Shown: positions 9,218-18,599, counted from the first letter of the stretch. The stretch: 64,000 nucleotides of DNA from Alphaproteobacteria bacterium (GCA_965243135.1 OZ251539.1:1408001-1472000); one strand, 5' to 3'. Notes: generated by a model not told the origin, from the letters alone. Translations and numbers: made by a program.

Positions 9218-10765
9218 TCAGGCGGTCTCGAATTCGAATCCAACAATGTTGCGCTCATTCCGGCCGAACTCGATGCCGATCAGCCGGATCGGCACGCCCA
9301 GATGCCGGTACTTGTCCGCGTAGCCGCGCTCCCGCATCTGCGCGAGCGTCCGCCCTTTCGGCTTCCCGTCCACGACCTTGAATTCGTACAGATGCACGCA
9401 TCCCGGAGTTAGCACTGCCATGTCCAGACGCCCTCGGGCGGTCGCTTCCTCGACCCGAACGTCCAGAGCCGCCGCCGCAAAGTGCGAGTAGACGAGGGCC
9501 GCCCAGTAGCCTTCGTAATTCGCAATATCGTTCTTCCGATACCAATCGTGAGGAATGCTCGCGAAGAACGCCTCGAACAACTCCTTCACCCCCTCCGGAT
9601 CGTCCCCCGCCGTCAGCTTGGCCAGATCTGCCTGCCTCGTCGCCTCCCGTCCCGTTACCGGCGCCATCATGCGCAGCAGCCGCCTGTTCAGGCTGAACTT
9701 CACCTCGTGGTTCGGGTAATCCAGCCGGTACAGGCATCCGCCGGCGGCTGCTTCCTCGCTGGCGATGGTCAAGTAGCCGGTCTGGAACAAAAGCGCTTCA
9801 ATCCCGATGTCGTCGACGTCGAAGGCTGAAAGCAGATCGTCGTCCGCGACCAAGCCTTCCAAGGTCGGCGTCGCGACCCGGCACCGTGACAGAAGGTCGA
9901 CGAGGAAGGTCGGCGTACCGCTCTGGAACCAGTAGTTGCCGAACCTGCGGTCGGCAAGCAGCAGCAGGACATCGAACGGATTGTAAACCTTTTCCGGCCC
10001 GAGCCAGTTGTAGCCGTTGTACCAGCGCCGGATCTCGTTCCGATCCAAGCCCTCGAGTTCCGGGGCGAAGACCACGTCCAGCTCTGCGTCCGTGTAGCCG
10101 CAAATGGCCGAAAACTCCGGCGCCAACGTGATGTCGCGCAGGTTGTTCAGGCCCGAGAAAATGCCCGCCTTCGAGAACTTGGTTACGCCGGTAAGAAAAA
10201 CGAAATGAAGCTGCTCGTCGCAGTCCTTGATCATCGCGTAGAAGCCGCGCAGGAAGTCGCGGTTCGCCAGCGCCAGCTCACGGTCGCCGAGCGCGTCCAG
10301 GATCGGCTTGTCGTATTCGTCCACCAGAACGACCACTTTCTGCCCGGTGCGCTCGTGCAGCGTCCTTATCAGGCGGCGGAAACGGATCGACGCCTCGACA
10401 GGGCCCGGATCGACGCCGGCCAGCCGCTCCGTCTCCTCCAGCTGGTCTTCCACATTACTCCGAACGAAGTCCGGGACGCTGAAATCGCCCCCGCCAAAGC
10501 TGATCCGCACGACCGGATGGCGCACCGACCAGTCCCATGCGCCGTGGACGGCGAGGCCCCGGAACAACTCCTCGTTCCCCTCGAACAGCTTCTGCAGCGT
10601 ATCCACCAAGAGGGTCTTGCCGAACCGGCGCGGACGCGACAGGAAGTAGTACTTGCCCCTCTCGACGAGACGGCGCACATGGTCCGTCTTGTCGACGTAG
10701 TAGCAATTCATCCTTCGGATCTCCCGGAGGGAGGTAACGCCGGTCGGAAGCATGCGTTTCATCAT
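9218..10765 (-). CDS. AAA-ATPase_like + PD-(D/E)xK (PDDEXK_9) nuclease domain protein
   Basis: LPTG...YYVDKT, LSRPRRFGKTL, LVDEYDKP, FLTGVTKFSK, YWFQSGTPTFL, LDYPNHEV, GRLDM...YEFK, QMRERGYADKY. Confidence 0.9.
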   Translation of the reverse strand: MMKRMLPTGVTSLREIRRMNCYYVDKTDHVRRLVERGKYYFLSRPRRFGKTLLVDTLQKLFEGNEELFRGLAVHGAWDWSVRHPVVRISFGGGDFSVPDFVRSNVEDQLEETERLAGVDPGPVEASIRFRRLIRTLHERTGQKVVVLVDEYDKPILDALGDRELALANRDFLRGFYAMIKDCDEQLHFVFLTGVTKFSKAGIFSGLNNLRDITLAPEFSAICGYTDAELDVVFAPELEGLDRNEIRRWYNGYNWLGPEKVYNPFDVLLLLADRRFGNYWFQSGTPTFLVDLLSRCRVATPTLEGLVADDDLLSAFDVDDIGIEALLFQTGYLTIASEEAAAGGCLYRLDYPNHEVKFSLNRRLLRMMAPVTGREATRQADLAKLTAGDDPEGVKELFEAFFASIPHDWYRKNDIANYEGYWAALVYSHFAAAALDVRVEEATARGRLDMAVLTPGCVHLYEFKVVDGKPKGRTLAQMRERGYADKYRHLGVPIRLIGIEFGRNERNIVGFEFETA

Positions 10766-11421
10766 CCGAAGAGAGTAGGCCACCGCGCCGGAGCCGTCAA
10801 CGAGGAAGCTCTTCGAGGCGTTTGCGCTGTGCCATTTTTTGTCGGCTGCCGTCCGTTCTACGCCCGCCGCGGGTCGCTCAGGCCGCCCGCGGGCAAGCCC
10901 GCAAGGGTCGCTCAGACGGACGACCGCGGAACGAAAATGGACTACCCGGTTGCTCCGGCACCGCTCGGCGAACTCGGGACGAGCTAGGCCGTGGTCCGAA
11001 CGCGGACGATCGGTTGCGGCCATAGCGGCGGTCAAGATGTCGGAGCCGAGGCCGGAATCGTGCGAGGATCACGCGGCCTATGCCGACGGTGGACGACAAG
11101 AAAATCTTCATCACGGTAGCCGCCGCGAGGGCGGTCGAGAGCGGACTGACCGAGGGTTACCGTCAGCCGGGTCGTAATAGACATGGCGTTCCATGCCTTC
11201 CACGTCGCCCGCCGACTTGCGAGACATGTGCTCGACGGCGACGAGCTCCAAGTTTCGTCCGCCGATTCACGGGATTGAAGGGTCGGGCGGAACCGGCCTA
11301 TTATTTGCCGCCGGAAAACTTTGGGAGAGCTCTTGCATGCCGTTGCGGAACTCTCGTCGCCCTGACGCCGCCTTCGAGGCCGCATTTCGACTGGCGACCT
11401 CGCAAAGTGCTGCGGAGGAGA

Positions 11422-11895
11422 ATGCGTCCTGCGACAGGAGAGGAGAATGATGCACGCGCGGTCGCGAACGGCCTGATCGACCGGGCCGCGCGGGAAGGAA
11501 AGCGGTACACCCCGCTGCAGATCATCAAGCTGGTTTACTTCTGCCACGGTTGGATGCTCGGTCTCTACGAACGACCGCTCATCCGGCAACGCGTTCAGGC
11601 ATGGCTTTACGGCCCAGTCGTGGTCGAGGTCTATCGTGGCTTGAAACGGTACGGCGGAGAACCCGTTGCGAGGAGGATGAATGTCGCGGACGAGGATTTC
11701 GACGAACTTGAGGAAGATCTCGTCGATCAGGTTCATGAGAAATACGGGTCGCTGAGCGGCCGGGAGCTTTCCCGGCTCACGCATGCGGTGGGAACGCCGT
11801 GGCATCAGGTCTGGTACGGCAAGGGAAGAAACTCGATCATTCCGAATTCCCTGATCCAGGAACACTACGCGGAAAAAGCGAGGATAGCTTTGTGA
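11422..11895 (+). CDS. Panacea-domain (DUF4065/SocA/GepA-like) antitoxin
   Basis: RBS GGAGGAG before ATG 11422. AVAN...TPLQIIKLVYFCHGW...QAWLYGPVV...LSRLTH..GTPW. Confidence 0.88.
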   Translation: MRPATGEENDARAVANGLIDRAAREGKRYTPLQIIKLVYFCHGWMLGLYERPLIRQRVQAWLYGPVVVEVYRGLKRYGGEPVARRMNVADEDFDELEEDLVDQVHEKYGSLSGRELSRLTHAVGTPWHQVWYGKGRNSIIPNSLIQEHYAEKARIAL

Positions 11896-12213
11896 ACGAT
11901 CGCCGTACCTTTCCGGAGCTGGATTCGCTCGGCTACGACGACCAGGTCAGCCGGGAGGAGGAGCAGGCGCACGCCACGACCTGGAAAGGCAAAACAAGGC
12001 ATATCTGCGCCAGGAAAAAGGCCGGGAACTGGAGAGGATACGGTGGCTGATGACCGTCCTGATTGCGCTGGCAATATTCACGATACTCGTGGTCGCCTGG
12101 CACCATCTGTTACCGGCTAACCTCTCCACTGGTTGGCGGAGGAGCAACTCGCCGACCTTCGGACATTCATCTTTAGCGGCGCGCTCGTCGGCGTGGTTTC
12201 TACGCAGCGGTAG
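11892..12213 (+). pseudogene. frameshifted small membrane protein coupled to the Panacea gene (putative toxin)
   Basis: GTG overlaps the antitoxin stop. Three frames join into VNDRRTFPELD...EEQAHA / DLERQNKAYLRQEK...LIALAIFTILVVAWHHLLPAN / LHWLAEEQLADLRTFIFSGALVGVVSTQR*, with shifts near 11975 and 12123. Confidence 0.55.
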
Positions 12214-12605
12214 CTCCTGCCGTCGGCGCGTCCTTGGCGATGTTGCCGAACCGCGCCCCGCTGTATACCTCGGTTCGCCGCAGAATGGGCACGGGTCTGT
12301 CGGGAGGCGCAACCCATGCTTCGTTCCGTCGCCGTCGAAAAGATGGTCCCCCGATCTCCGCGACGGCGAAAAACAGGTTCCGTAGTTCGAATCAATCGCC
12401 AGCAGGGTTGTCGGACAGTTCCGCTACGGCGCTCGCTTTCCTGCGTGAGGCTTCGCTGCGGCGACGGGCCGAAATAGGTGACAGTCGCGGACCTGCCTCG
12501 GCGAGCGCGTTGCGGCCGCAGACGGTTATCCCGTGCGCTTTGCGTCGACGCGTCTGCGGAGTTGGACGCAGAAGTCGACAAATCGTCCTTGCTTCCGCTG
12601 CCTCG

Positions 12606-13454
12606 TCAGCGCTCGTCCGAAGGATAGATCGCCTTCGATTCAAGCTGCGTCCATGCAACCGGCGCGCCGGCCCGGGAAATGCGCTCTTCGATTTCCAGAT
12701 CCTCGTTCCACAGCGCGGCGATGAACCGCATGCCGTTTATGCCGTCGGCGGCGTCCGAGGCCAGCCAGACGATCGGCTTCCGCATCGTTTCCGGCTGTAT
12801 CAGCGCCCCCCGCGGGAAACCCGACGCCTCGGGAATCATTCGCGTGTTCACCGGACCGCCCGGTATGAGCACGTTGGCCGTCACGCCGGTTCCTTCCAGA
12901 TCCTGCGACATGATGCGAGTATGCGCTTCGAGGGCCGCCTTCGACGGACCGTAGCAACCGGCTCCGGCCCGGTACATCGTGTTGAAACTGGTCGTGACGT
13001 TCACGATGCGGCCCCAGCCGCGTTGCAGCATGAGAGGCGCGCAAAGCCGCGACATGAGCTGGGGGCCGAATACGTTAACCCGCAGCATCGCATTCCATAG
13101 ATCGTCGTCGAGGTTCCAGAACTCCGTATGTTCGACCATGAAGCCGGCGATCCGTTCGGGACCGACCACCGCGTCGTTCACGAGCACGTCGAGCGAACCG
13201 AAGGAGGAAACGATCTCGTCTATCGCGCTCTGCGCCCGGTCGGCGTCCGTAACGTCGCAGACCAGAGCCTTGGCCGAACCCTGGCCGCCGGCTTCTTCGG
13301 CGTCCCGGGCGGCGGCGCGAAGCACGTCTTCGTCGATGTCGATCATCGCGACTTTGGCTCCGGCCGCCGCAAGCGCAATGGACATCGTGCGCCCCATGCC
13401 GCGCCCGGCCCCCGTCATCAGAACGGTTTTTCCTTCGAGATCGCGGCCGGTCAT
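12606..13454 (-). CDS. SDR family oxidoreductase (paralogue 3)
   Basis: TGAGRGMG, LVNDA, NVTTS, YGPSKAALE. Confidence 0.92.
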   Translation of the reverse strand: MTGRDLEGKTVLMTGAGRGMGRTMSIALAAAGAKVAMIDIDEDVLRAAARDAEEAGGQGSAKALVCDVTDADRAQSAIDEIVSSFGSLDVLVNDAVVGPERIAGFMVEHTEFWNLDDDLWNAMLRVNVFGPQLMSRLCAPLMLQRGWGRIVNVTTSFNTMYRAGAGCYGPSKAALEAHTRIMSQDLEGTGVTANVLIPGGPVNTRMIPEASGFPRGALIQPETMRKPIVWLASDAADGINGMRFIAALWNEDLEIEERISRAGAPVAWTQLESKAIYPSDER

Positions 13455-14335
13455 CGTTGCCTCCGTTCGTTCTGCAGTTCTTCGTGCTCCCAGCCGCCGG
13501 GCCGCACCGAAAGCGAGCCGATCTGCGGCCAGGCGGCCGGCGCTCCGGCCGCGGCGATCCGTTCGTCGCGCGGCAGATTGGCGTCCCAGCGGGCGGCAAT
13601 GAACCGCATGCCGTTAATGTCGTCGGCGTCCTCGGAGCACAACCAGCAAACGGGCGCCTGCATCGCCGCCGGCTGGACCAATTCGTCGCGGTCGAAGCCG
13701 GTTTCCTCGGGAATCATGCGCGTATTGGCCGGACCGCCCGGTATGAGGACGTTGGCGGTAACGCCGGTGTCGGCGAGATCGTGCGCCATGATCCGGGTGT
13801 TGGCCTCGAGCGCCGCCTTGGACGGGCCGTAGGAGCCGCAACCTCTGAGATACATCGTGTCGAGGCTGGTGGTGACGTTGATGATGCGGCCCCAGCCGCG
13901 TTCGGTCAGATGCGGCGCCGCGATCGCGCTCATCAGCTGCGGGCCGTAAGCGTTGACCGTAAGCGCCCTGAGCCAGAGGTCGGGATCGACCTGCCAGAAC
14001 TTCGGCGCGTCGTTGACGAAATCCCGGGTGAAGAACTGCGGCCCCATCGCGGCGTCGTTGATCAGGATATCCAGCCCTCCGAACGTTTCGAGGGCGCCGT
14101 CGACCGCAGCCCGCGCGCGGTCGCTGTCCGTGACGTCCGCGGCAACGGCCAGGGCGCATCCCTGGCCGCCCGCCTCCTCGATGGCCGCGACGGCCGCGGA
14201 CAATACGTCCTCCTCCAGATCGACAACAACGATACGCGCGCCCTGCGCCGCCAGTCCTTCGGCCATCGCCTTCCCGAGGCCGCGGCCCGCGCCGGTGATC
14301 ATCGCGGTTCTTCCCTCGAGCGGCCGATCCGTCAC
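13451..14335 (-). CDS. SDR family oxidoreductase (paralogue 2)
   Basis: GTG start overlapping the upstream stop. TGAGRGLG, LINDA, NVTTS, YGPSKAALE. Confidence 0.92.
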   Translation of the reverse strand: MTDRPLEGRTAMITGAGRGLGKAMAEGLAAQGARIVVVDLEEDVLSAAVAAIEEAGGQGCALAVAADVTDSDRARAAVDGALETFGGLDILINDAAMGPQFFTRDFVNDAPKFWQVDPDLWLRALTVNAYGPQLMSAIAAPHLTERGWGRIINVTTSLDTMYLRGCGSYGPSKAALEANTRIMAHDLADTGVTANVLIPGGPANTRMIPEETGFDRDELVQPAAMQAPVCWLCSEDADDINGMRFIAARWDANLPRDERIAAAGAPAAWPQIGSLSVRPGGWEHEELQNERRQR

Positions 14336-15198
14336 GACTCCGACTCCCTTCTCGCGGCGGGGTTGCCGCGCGGATCTCCTTGCGGATGAATGGCTTGCCC
14401 GCCCAACTGAGGCCAGGCGATCGGCGCCCCCGCTCTTTCCAGATTCTCCCCGGAGCTGCGGTTCGGATCCCAGAGCGCGGCGCGGATGCGCCTGCCGTTG
14501 ACTTCGCCGCCTTCCTCCGAAACGAGATGGAGCAGGGGCGGGACCATGACCTCCGGCCGTATCAGTTTCGAACGATCCGCGTAGATCCCGGTCGACGAAA
14601 TCATTCGCGTATCCGCAGGACCGCCCGGTATCAGCACGTTGCAGGTGACGCCGTTCACGTCGTCGAGTCCGCCGGCGATCATGGAAGCCAGCGCCTCCGC
14701 GGCGGCCTTGGACGGGCCGTACGCGCCGTTGGCGGGATCGATCATGGTTTCGAGGCTCGTCGTCACGTTGACGATCCGGCCCCAGTTTTGCGCCCGCATG
14801 TACCGCATCGCAGCTCTTGTCATCACGAAATGACTGCTGACGTTGACCAGGAGATACAGCAGCCAGTCCTCGGGGTCGATTTCCCATACTTTCTTGACGT
14901 TGGAGCGGTCGGTGTCGCGGAAACGCTGCGGGCCGAGCCCTGCGTTGTTGACCAGTATGTGGATCGCGCCGAACGCGACGCGAGTCTCGTCGAACATCAA
15001 TCCCGCATCGAGATACTTCGTAACGTCGCCGACAAGCGCAAGCGCGTCGAGGCCGGAGACGGCGTCGTCGAGAGCGTCGCGGTCGCGTTCCACCATCGCG
15101 ACCTTCGCGCCGCGCTCCAGAAGTCCCTTGGCCATGGCGCGCCCGAGGCCGCGGCCCGCGCCGGTGACCATCGCAACCTTCCCCTCAAGAGAGGTCAT
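14332..15198 (-). CDS. SDR family oxidoreductase (paralogue 1)
   Basis: TGAGRGLG, LVNNAG, NVTTS, YGPSKAAAE. Confidence 0.92.
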   Translation of the reverse strand: MTSLEGKVAMVTGAGRGLGRAMAKGLLERGAKVAMVERDRDALDDAVSGLDALALVGDVTKYLDAGLMFDETRVAFGAIHILVNNAGLGPQRFRDTDRSNVKKVWEIDPEDWLLYLLVNVSSHFVMTRAAMRYMRAQNWGRIVNVTTSLETMIDPANGAYGPSKAAAEALASMIAGGLDDVNGVTCNVLIPGGPADTRMISSTGIYADRSKLIRPEVMVPPLLHLVSEEGGEVNGRRIRAALWDPNRSSGENLERAGAPIAWPQLGGQAIHPQGDPRGNPAARRESES

Positions 15199-15634
15199 GA
15201 AGGGGCTCGTTATGGTAGCCGGTCACCAGCGGGTCGAGTTTCTCGCGATAGAAGTCCGGCATCGCCTCGGATTTGCGGGTTTCGGGGTTGAAGAACACCT
15301 CGACCGTGTTCTGCGTCGCGCGAATTCCGCCGGTATCCGCGTCGTACATGCGAAGGTGATGGCGGATCGACTTTCCGCCGACGTGGGTGAAGGCGCCGCG
15401 CACCATCAGCAGGTCGCCGGCGTTCATTTCGGCGACGTAGTCGATCTCGATCTTGGCGACGACGAGGCCGACGCCGCTGGCGTGCACCTTTTTCTGGCTT
15501 GCGCCGGCGACCGTCCACAGGTGGAAGCCCGCGTCGTCGAAGTGATGCGCGTACCAGCGGACGTTCATGTGTCCGATGTGGTCGCAGTGCCAGGGAAAGA
15601 CAACCGAGCGGTAAAGCTCGAACACGTTCTCCAA
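15185..15634 (-). CDS. acyl-CoA thioesterase (hotdog, 4HBT/YbgC-like)
   Basis: CDHIGHMNVRWY motif and IDYVAEMNAGD. Confidence 0.85.
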   Translation of the reverse strand: MENVFELYRSVVFPWHCDHIGHMNVRWYAHHFDDAGFHLWTVAGASQKKVHASGVGLVVAKIEIDYVAEMNAGDLLMVRGAFTHVGGKSIRHHLRMYDADTGGIRATQNTVEVFFNPETRKSEAMPDFYREKLDPLVTGYHNEPLHDLS

Positions 15635-15724
15635 GCGCGAAGCCTCCTCGTTCTGCGGGGCTTCGCGACCTCGGAGCGGCGGAAGCCGTTTCGCCGGATT
15701 ATAGCAGGGCAGGCGGTCGGCGCA

Positions 15725-16456
15725 TCAACCCTGCCAGCCCAGCCTCGCGCGGGCGAATTCCGGATAGGTCTCGGCGACCTCGCCCGCGACGCGGTTTCGC
15801 AACAGGGAAAGGCGCTCGGAATCGGGCGGCCGCAGCTCTCCGATCGCCTCGGGGCAGTCGAACTCGAACCCCGTATTGTCGCGCACTTCCTCAACGGACG
15901 TTCCGGGCAGCAGGCCGTCGAGCCGGAAGCGGCGGCGCGCGCGGTCGTACAGGAACAGGCACAGGCTGGTGATCAGCGCGTAAGGGCCGCCGGGACGGTG
16001 GATTTCGGGCGGACTCCAGCCCGGCGCGCTTATGAAATCGACGCGTTCGACGAGCGCGCGCCGGGAGTGTTCCTCCCTGAACAGGATTACGCGAGGCACC
16101 ATGAAGTACAGATAGGCGGATCCGAAGCTTCCGGGAAAACGCGTGCCGGCGGCAGGGTAGGGACCGGCGCCGACGAGGTTGATATTGGCTTCTCCGTCGA
16201 TCTGGCCGCCGCCGAGGAAGAAGGCGTCGACGCGGCCCTGGCCCGCGCGGTCGAACAACTCCGGGCCGCCGTCGTTGAACGGATTGTGGGCGTTGCTGCC
16301 GAGAATGCTGGCGCGCGCCGTTCCGTCGCTGGCCGCCTGGGTCAGCAACGCCGCGGCCGCCGGAATCGGGGACGCGGCGCCCACGGCTATGTTCCGGCAG
16401 CCTTCGAGCAGGCCTGCGATGACGGAGATCAGAAGCTCTTCGCGCGTGCAGTCCAT
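15725..16456 (-). CDS. CoA-transferase beta subunit (glutaconate CoA-transferase B-like)
   Basis: AVGAASPIP, DAFFLGGGQIDGEANINL, FPGSFGS, VDFISAPG, VRDNTGF. Confidence 0.85.
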   Translation of the reverse strand: MDCTREELLISVIAGLLEGCRNIAVGAASPIPAAAALLTQAASDGTARASILGSNAHNPFNDGGPELFDRAGQGRVDAFFLGGGQIDGEANINLVGAGPYPAAGTRFPGSFGSAYLYFMVPRVILFREEHSRRALVERVDFISAPGWSPPEIHRPGGPYALITSLCLFLYDRARRRFRLDGLLPGTSVEEVRDNTGFEFDCPEAIGELRPPDSERLSLLRNRVAGEVAETYPEFARARLGWQG

Positions 16457-17274
16457 CAGGCCGCGGCGGCGACCGGATCGTCGCGAAGCCAGGCGTCGAA
16501 ACCGTCCGCGGTTCGCGCCGCCGTCGCGTAGGCGCGCAGGCGTTCGGCGTCGCGACCGTAGCATCCCGCGAGCGGCAACGGGCGGGCGCCGCCCGGCGCA
16601 AGGGCCACCTCGTCGACGTAGACCGCCGTGATCGTTCCCGGCCGCAACGCCTCGTCGTCCATCAGGTTGCCGTCGAGAAATTGTTCGACGGTGACGAAGG
16701 TTCTTTTCGCGGCGTGCGCGAGAATCGCGCATTCGCGTCCGGCCCAGACGTTGCCGCGGGCGTCGCCGTAGCGCGCATGAAACAGGGCGATGTCCGGCCG
16801 AATGGGCGGCAGCGCAGCCACGGGATCGCCTTCGCCGAACGGATTGTCGATGACCTTCCAGTCGGGGCGATTGGCGAAAACGTCGGAGCCAAGCAATCCG
16901 CGGAGAGGCATGAAGGGAATGCCTTTCTCGGCGGCCTGGAGTCCTGCGTAGATCGCCGGGCACGTGGCGTCGCGAATCGCGATCCTGCCGTTCTCGACGG
17001 CCTCGCGGAAGCGCGGAGCGAACCCGAATTCGCCCATCGAGACGCCGCTGGTCTCGATCTCCGTCACGCAGCCGGCTCCGATCAGGAGATCCGCCTGCAG
17101 CGAGCCGACAGGCACCGTAAGCAGACGAAGATTTCTTGCGCCTCGGCGAATCAGCGCCAGCGTGACGGCAATCGCCGCCCCGCTATCCTCCTTGGGAACG
17201 CCCAGAAACGAACCGTCCGGGATGCGGTCGGCAATGGCGTTCGGGGACAGGCGTTGCTCGGTCATCGGCTCCAT
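16456..17274 (-). CDS. CoA-transferase alpha subunit
   Basis: ADLLIGAGCV, GFAPRF, GLQAAEKGIPFMPLRGLLGSD, IDNPF, PDIALFH. Confidence 0.85.
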   Translation of the reverse strand: MEPMTEQRLSPNAIADRIPDGSFLGVPKEDSGAAIAVTLALIRRGARNLRLLTVPVGSLQADLLIGAGCVTEIETSGVSMGEFGFAPRFREAVENGRIAIRDATCPAIYAGLQAAEKGIPFMPLRGLLGSDVFANRPDWKVIDNPFGEGDPVAALPPIRPDIALFHARYGDARGNVWAGRECAILAHAAKRTFVTVEQFLDGNLMDDEALRPGTITAVYVDEVALAPGGARPLPLAGCYGRDAERLRAYATAARTADGFDAWLRDDPVAAAA

Positions 17275-17409
17275 TCTGCCTCCGGTTTTCCATGGCGGCA
17301 ACCGGAACGCGCCCGTCCGGGCGGAGCGGCGCGCGGCCGCCGCCTCGTTCCGGCGCGAGAGCTTCCCGCGTCCCGTTCTCATCCGCGCAGTGCGCGAACC
17401 CCGTCAGGC

Positions 17410-17655
17410 CTATGGCGACCCTGCGGGCGCGGCGTCCGCGGCTCGCCGCGTCATGGCGAGAATCTCGCCTTCATCGGGGAAGCGCCCGGTTTCGAGCTTG
17501 GAGAATACGAGCGCGCCGTCGCGCGTAATTTCGAACGACCCGGTACGCCCCGGTTCGATCGTCGCCTCGGCTCCCGCGCCGGCCAACAGGTCCCTCGCAC
17601 GGAGGGCTCGCGGCTCGTAGTTTCAGCGGCGGCAGTATTCGATTCGAAACGTCAT
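17410..17655 (-). CDS. Rdx (SelT/SelW/SelH) family selenoprotein, CxxU
   Basis: MTFRIEYCRR-TGA(17625-17623)-NYEPRA...GRTGSFEITRDGALVFSKLETGRFPDEGEI...*. The family motifs continue in frame past the TGA. Missed by the ORF track. Confidence 0.88.
17592..17606 (-). promoter_or_regulatory. SECIS-like hairpin of the Rdx selenoprotein
   Basis: mRNA CCCUC-CGUGC-GAGGG, with the loop starting 22 nt after the UGA. Confidence 0.65.
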
Positions 17656-17734
17656 CGGTTTCTCCCAAGGTTTCGGCGAAGATAGGACGAAAGGCCGGCA
17701 TCGTCGAGACGCGCGGCCAACGGACGCGGCGGCG

Positions 17735-17843
17735 GAACGATCGCCGCGCCCGGCCGGCGGCCGGGCGTTCGAGAGCGCGTCCAGGGACGTCGCTTCCGGT
17801 TTCTCGCTCCGCGAGCCCGAACGATCGCCGCGCCCGGCCGGCG
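17735..17843. repeat. 25-bp direct repeat between the two selenoprotein genes
   Basis: GAACGATCGCCGCGCCCGGCCGGCG at 17735-17759 and 17819-17843. Confidence 0.8.
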
Positions 17844-17978
17844 CGTCTCCCCCCGTCCCGCCTGCGCTCGATCGGACGAGCGGGTTCCGGCCGCGTCCGT
17901 CCGCTTCCGCCGCCGCGTCGGGATTCTCGCAGAGGAGCGGGTCGGCCCGCGGAGCCGGCGTTCGCGGAATGCCGCCGG

Positions 17979-18599
17979 TCAGCCGCGCTTTCGGACGCCC
18001 GCCTGCTGCACCAGTCTCTCCAACGCCTCGTAAGGTTGGGCGCCGACCATGCCGTATCCGCCGGCGACGTAGGTGGGAACGCCGGTCACTCCGTATTGCC
18101 GGGATCTTTCCCAATCCCTGTCCACCGCGTCCCGGAACGTTCGTTCTTCGATGACGGCGCGGGCCCCCGCGGTCGGCAATCCGGATTTCTCCGCGACGTC
18201 GAGCAGGACCTCCGCGTCGCCGATATTGCGCGCGTCGACGAAGTACGCCCGATACAGGCCGTCATGCAGGGCTTCGCCGTCCTCGACCGTGTCAGCCCAC
18301 TTGCCGAGTTCCTGGGCGAGGCGGCTGTTGTAGGTATGCGTCCGCCGGCCGTAGGGCAGGCCTTCGGCGTCCATCCGCGCCTTCATGTCGCTGTACATTT
18401 TTTCGGGATCGAGCCCGCGCTGGGCGTAAAATCCGGCCATCTCGCGGCCTTCGGGAGGGGTGTCCGGATGCAGCGGGAAATGGACCAGCTCGAACCGGAT
18501 TTCGTAGTTGCGGCGCAGTTTTTCGGTACGCACGGTACCGAGATAGCACCAGGGTCAAACGTAGTCGCTGAAAATTTCCAGCGTTACGGGATCGGTCAT
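17979..18599 (-). CDS. DsbA/FrnE-family thiol-disulfide oxidoreductase selenoprotein, UxxC
   Basis: MTDPVTLEIFSDYV-TGA(18557-18555)-PWCY...HFPLHPDTP...YNSRLAQEL...GVTGVPT...GAQPYE. The TGA sits at the first Cys position of the CPWC motif. Confidence 0.9.
18523..18541 (-). promoter_or_regulatory. SECIS-like hairpin of the DsbA selenoprotein
   Basis: mRNA UCGGUAC-CGUGC-GUACCGA (perfect 7-bp stem), with the loop starting 21 nt after the UGA. Confidence 0.75.

Noticed and set aside
11080-11421. N-terminal extension of the Panacea ORF
   Set aside because: The strong SD and family similarity begin at ATG 11422. The upstream part is low-complexity and I could not assign it to any family.
17735-17843. 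Direct repeat considered as a mini-CRISPR
   Set aside because: Only two copies, a 59-nt spacer, and no cas genes or leader.
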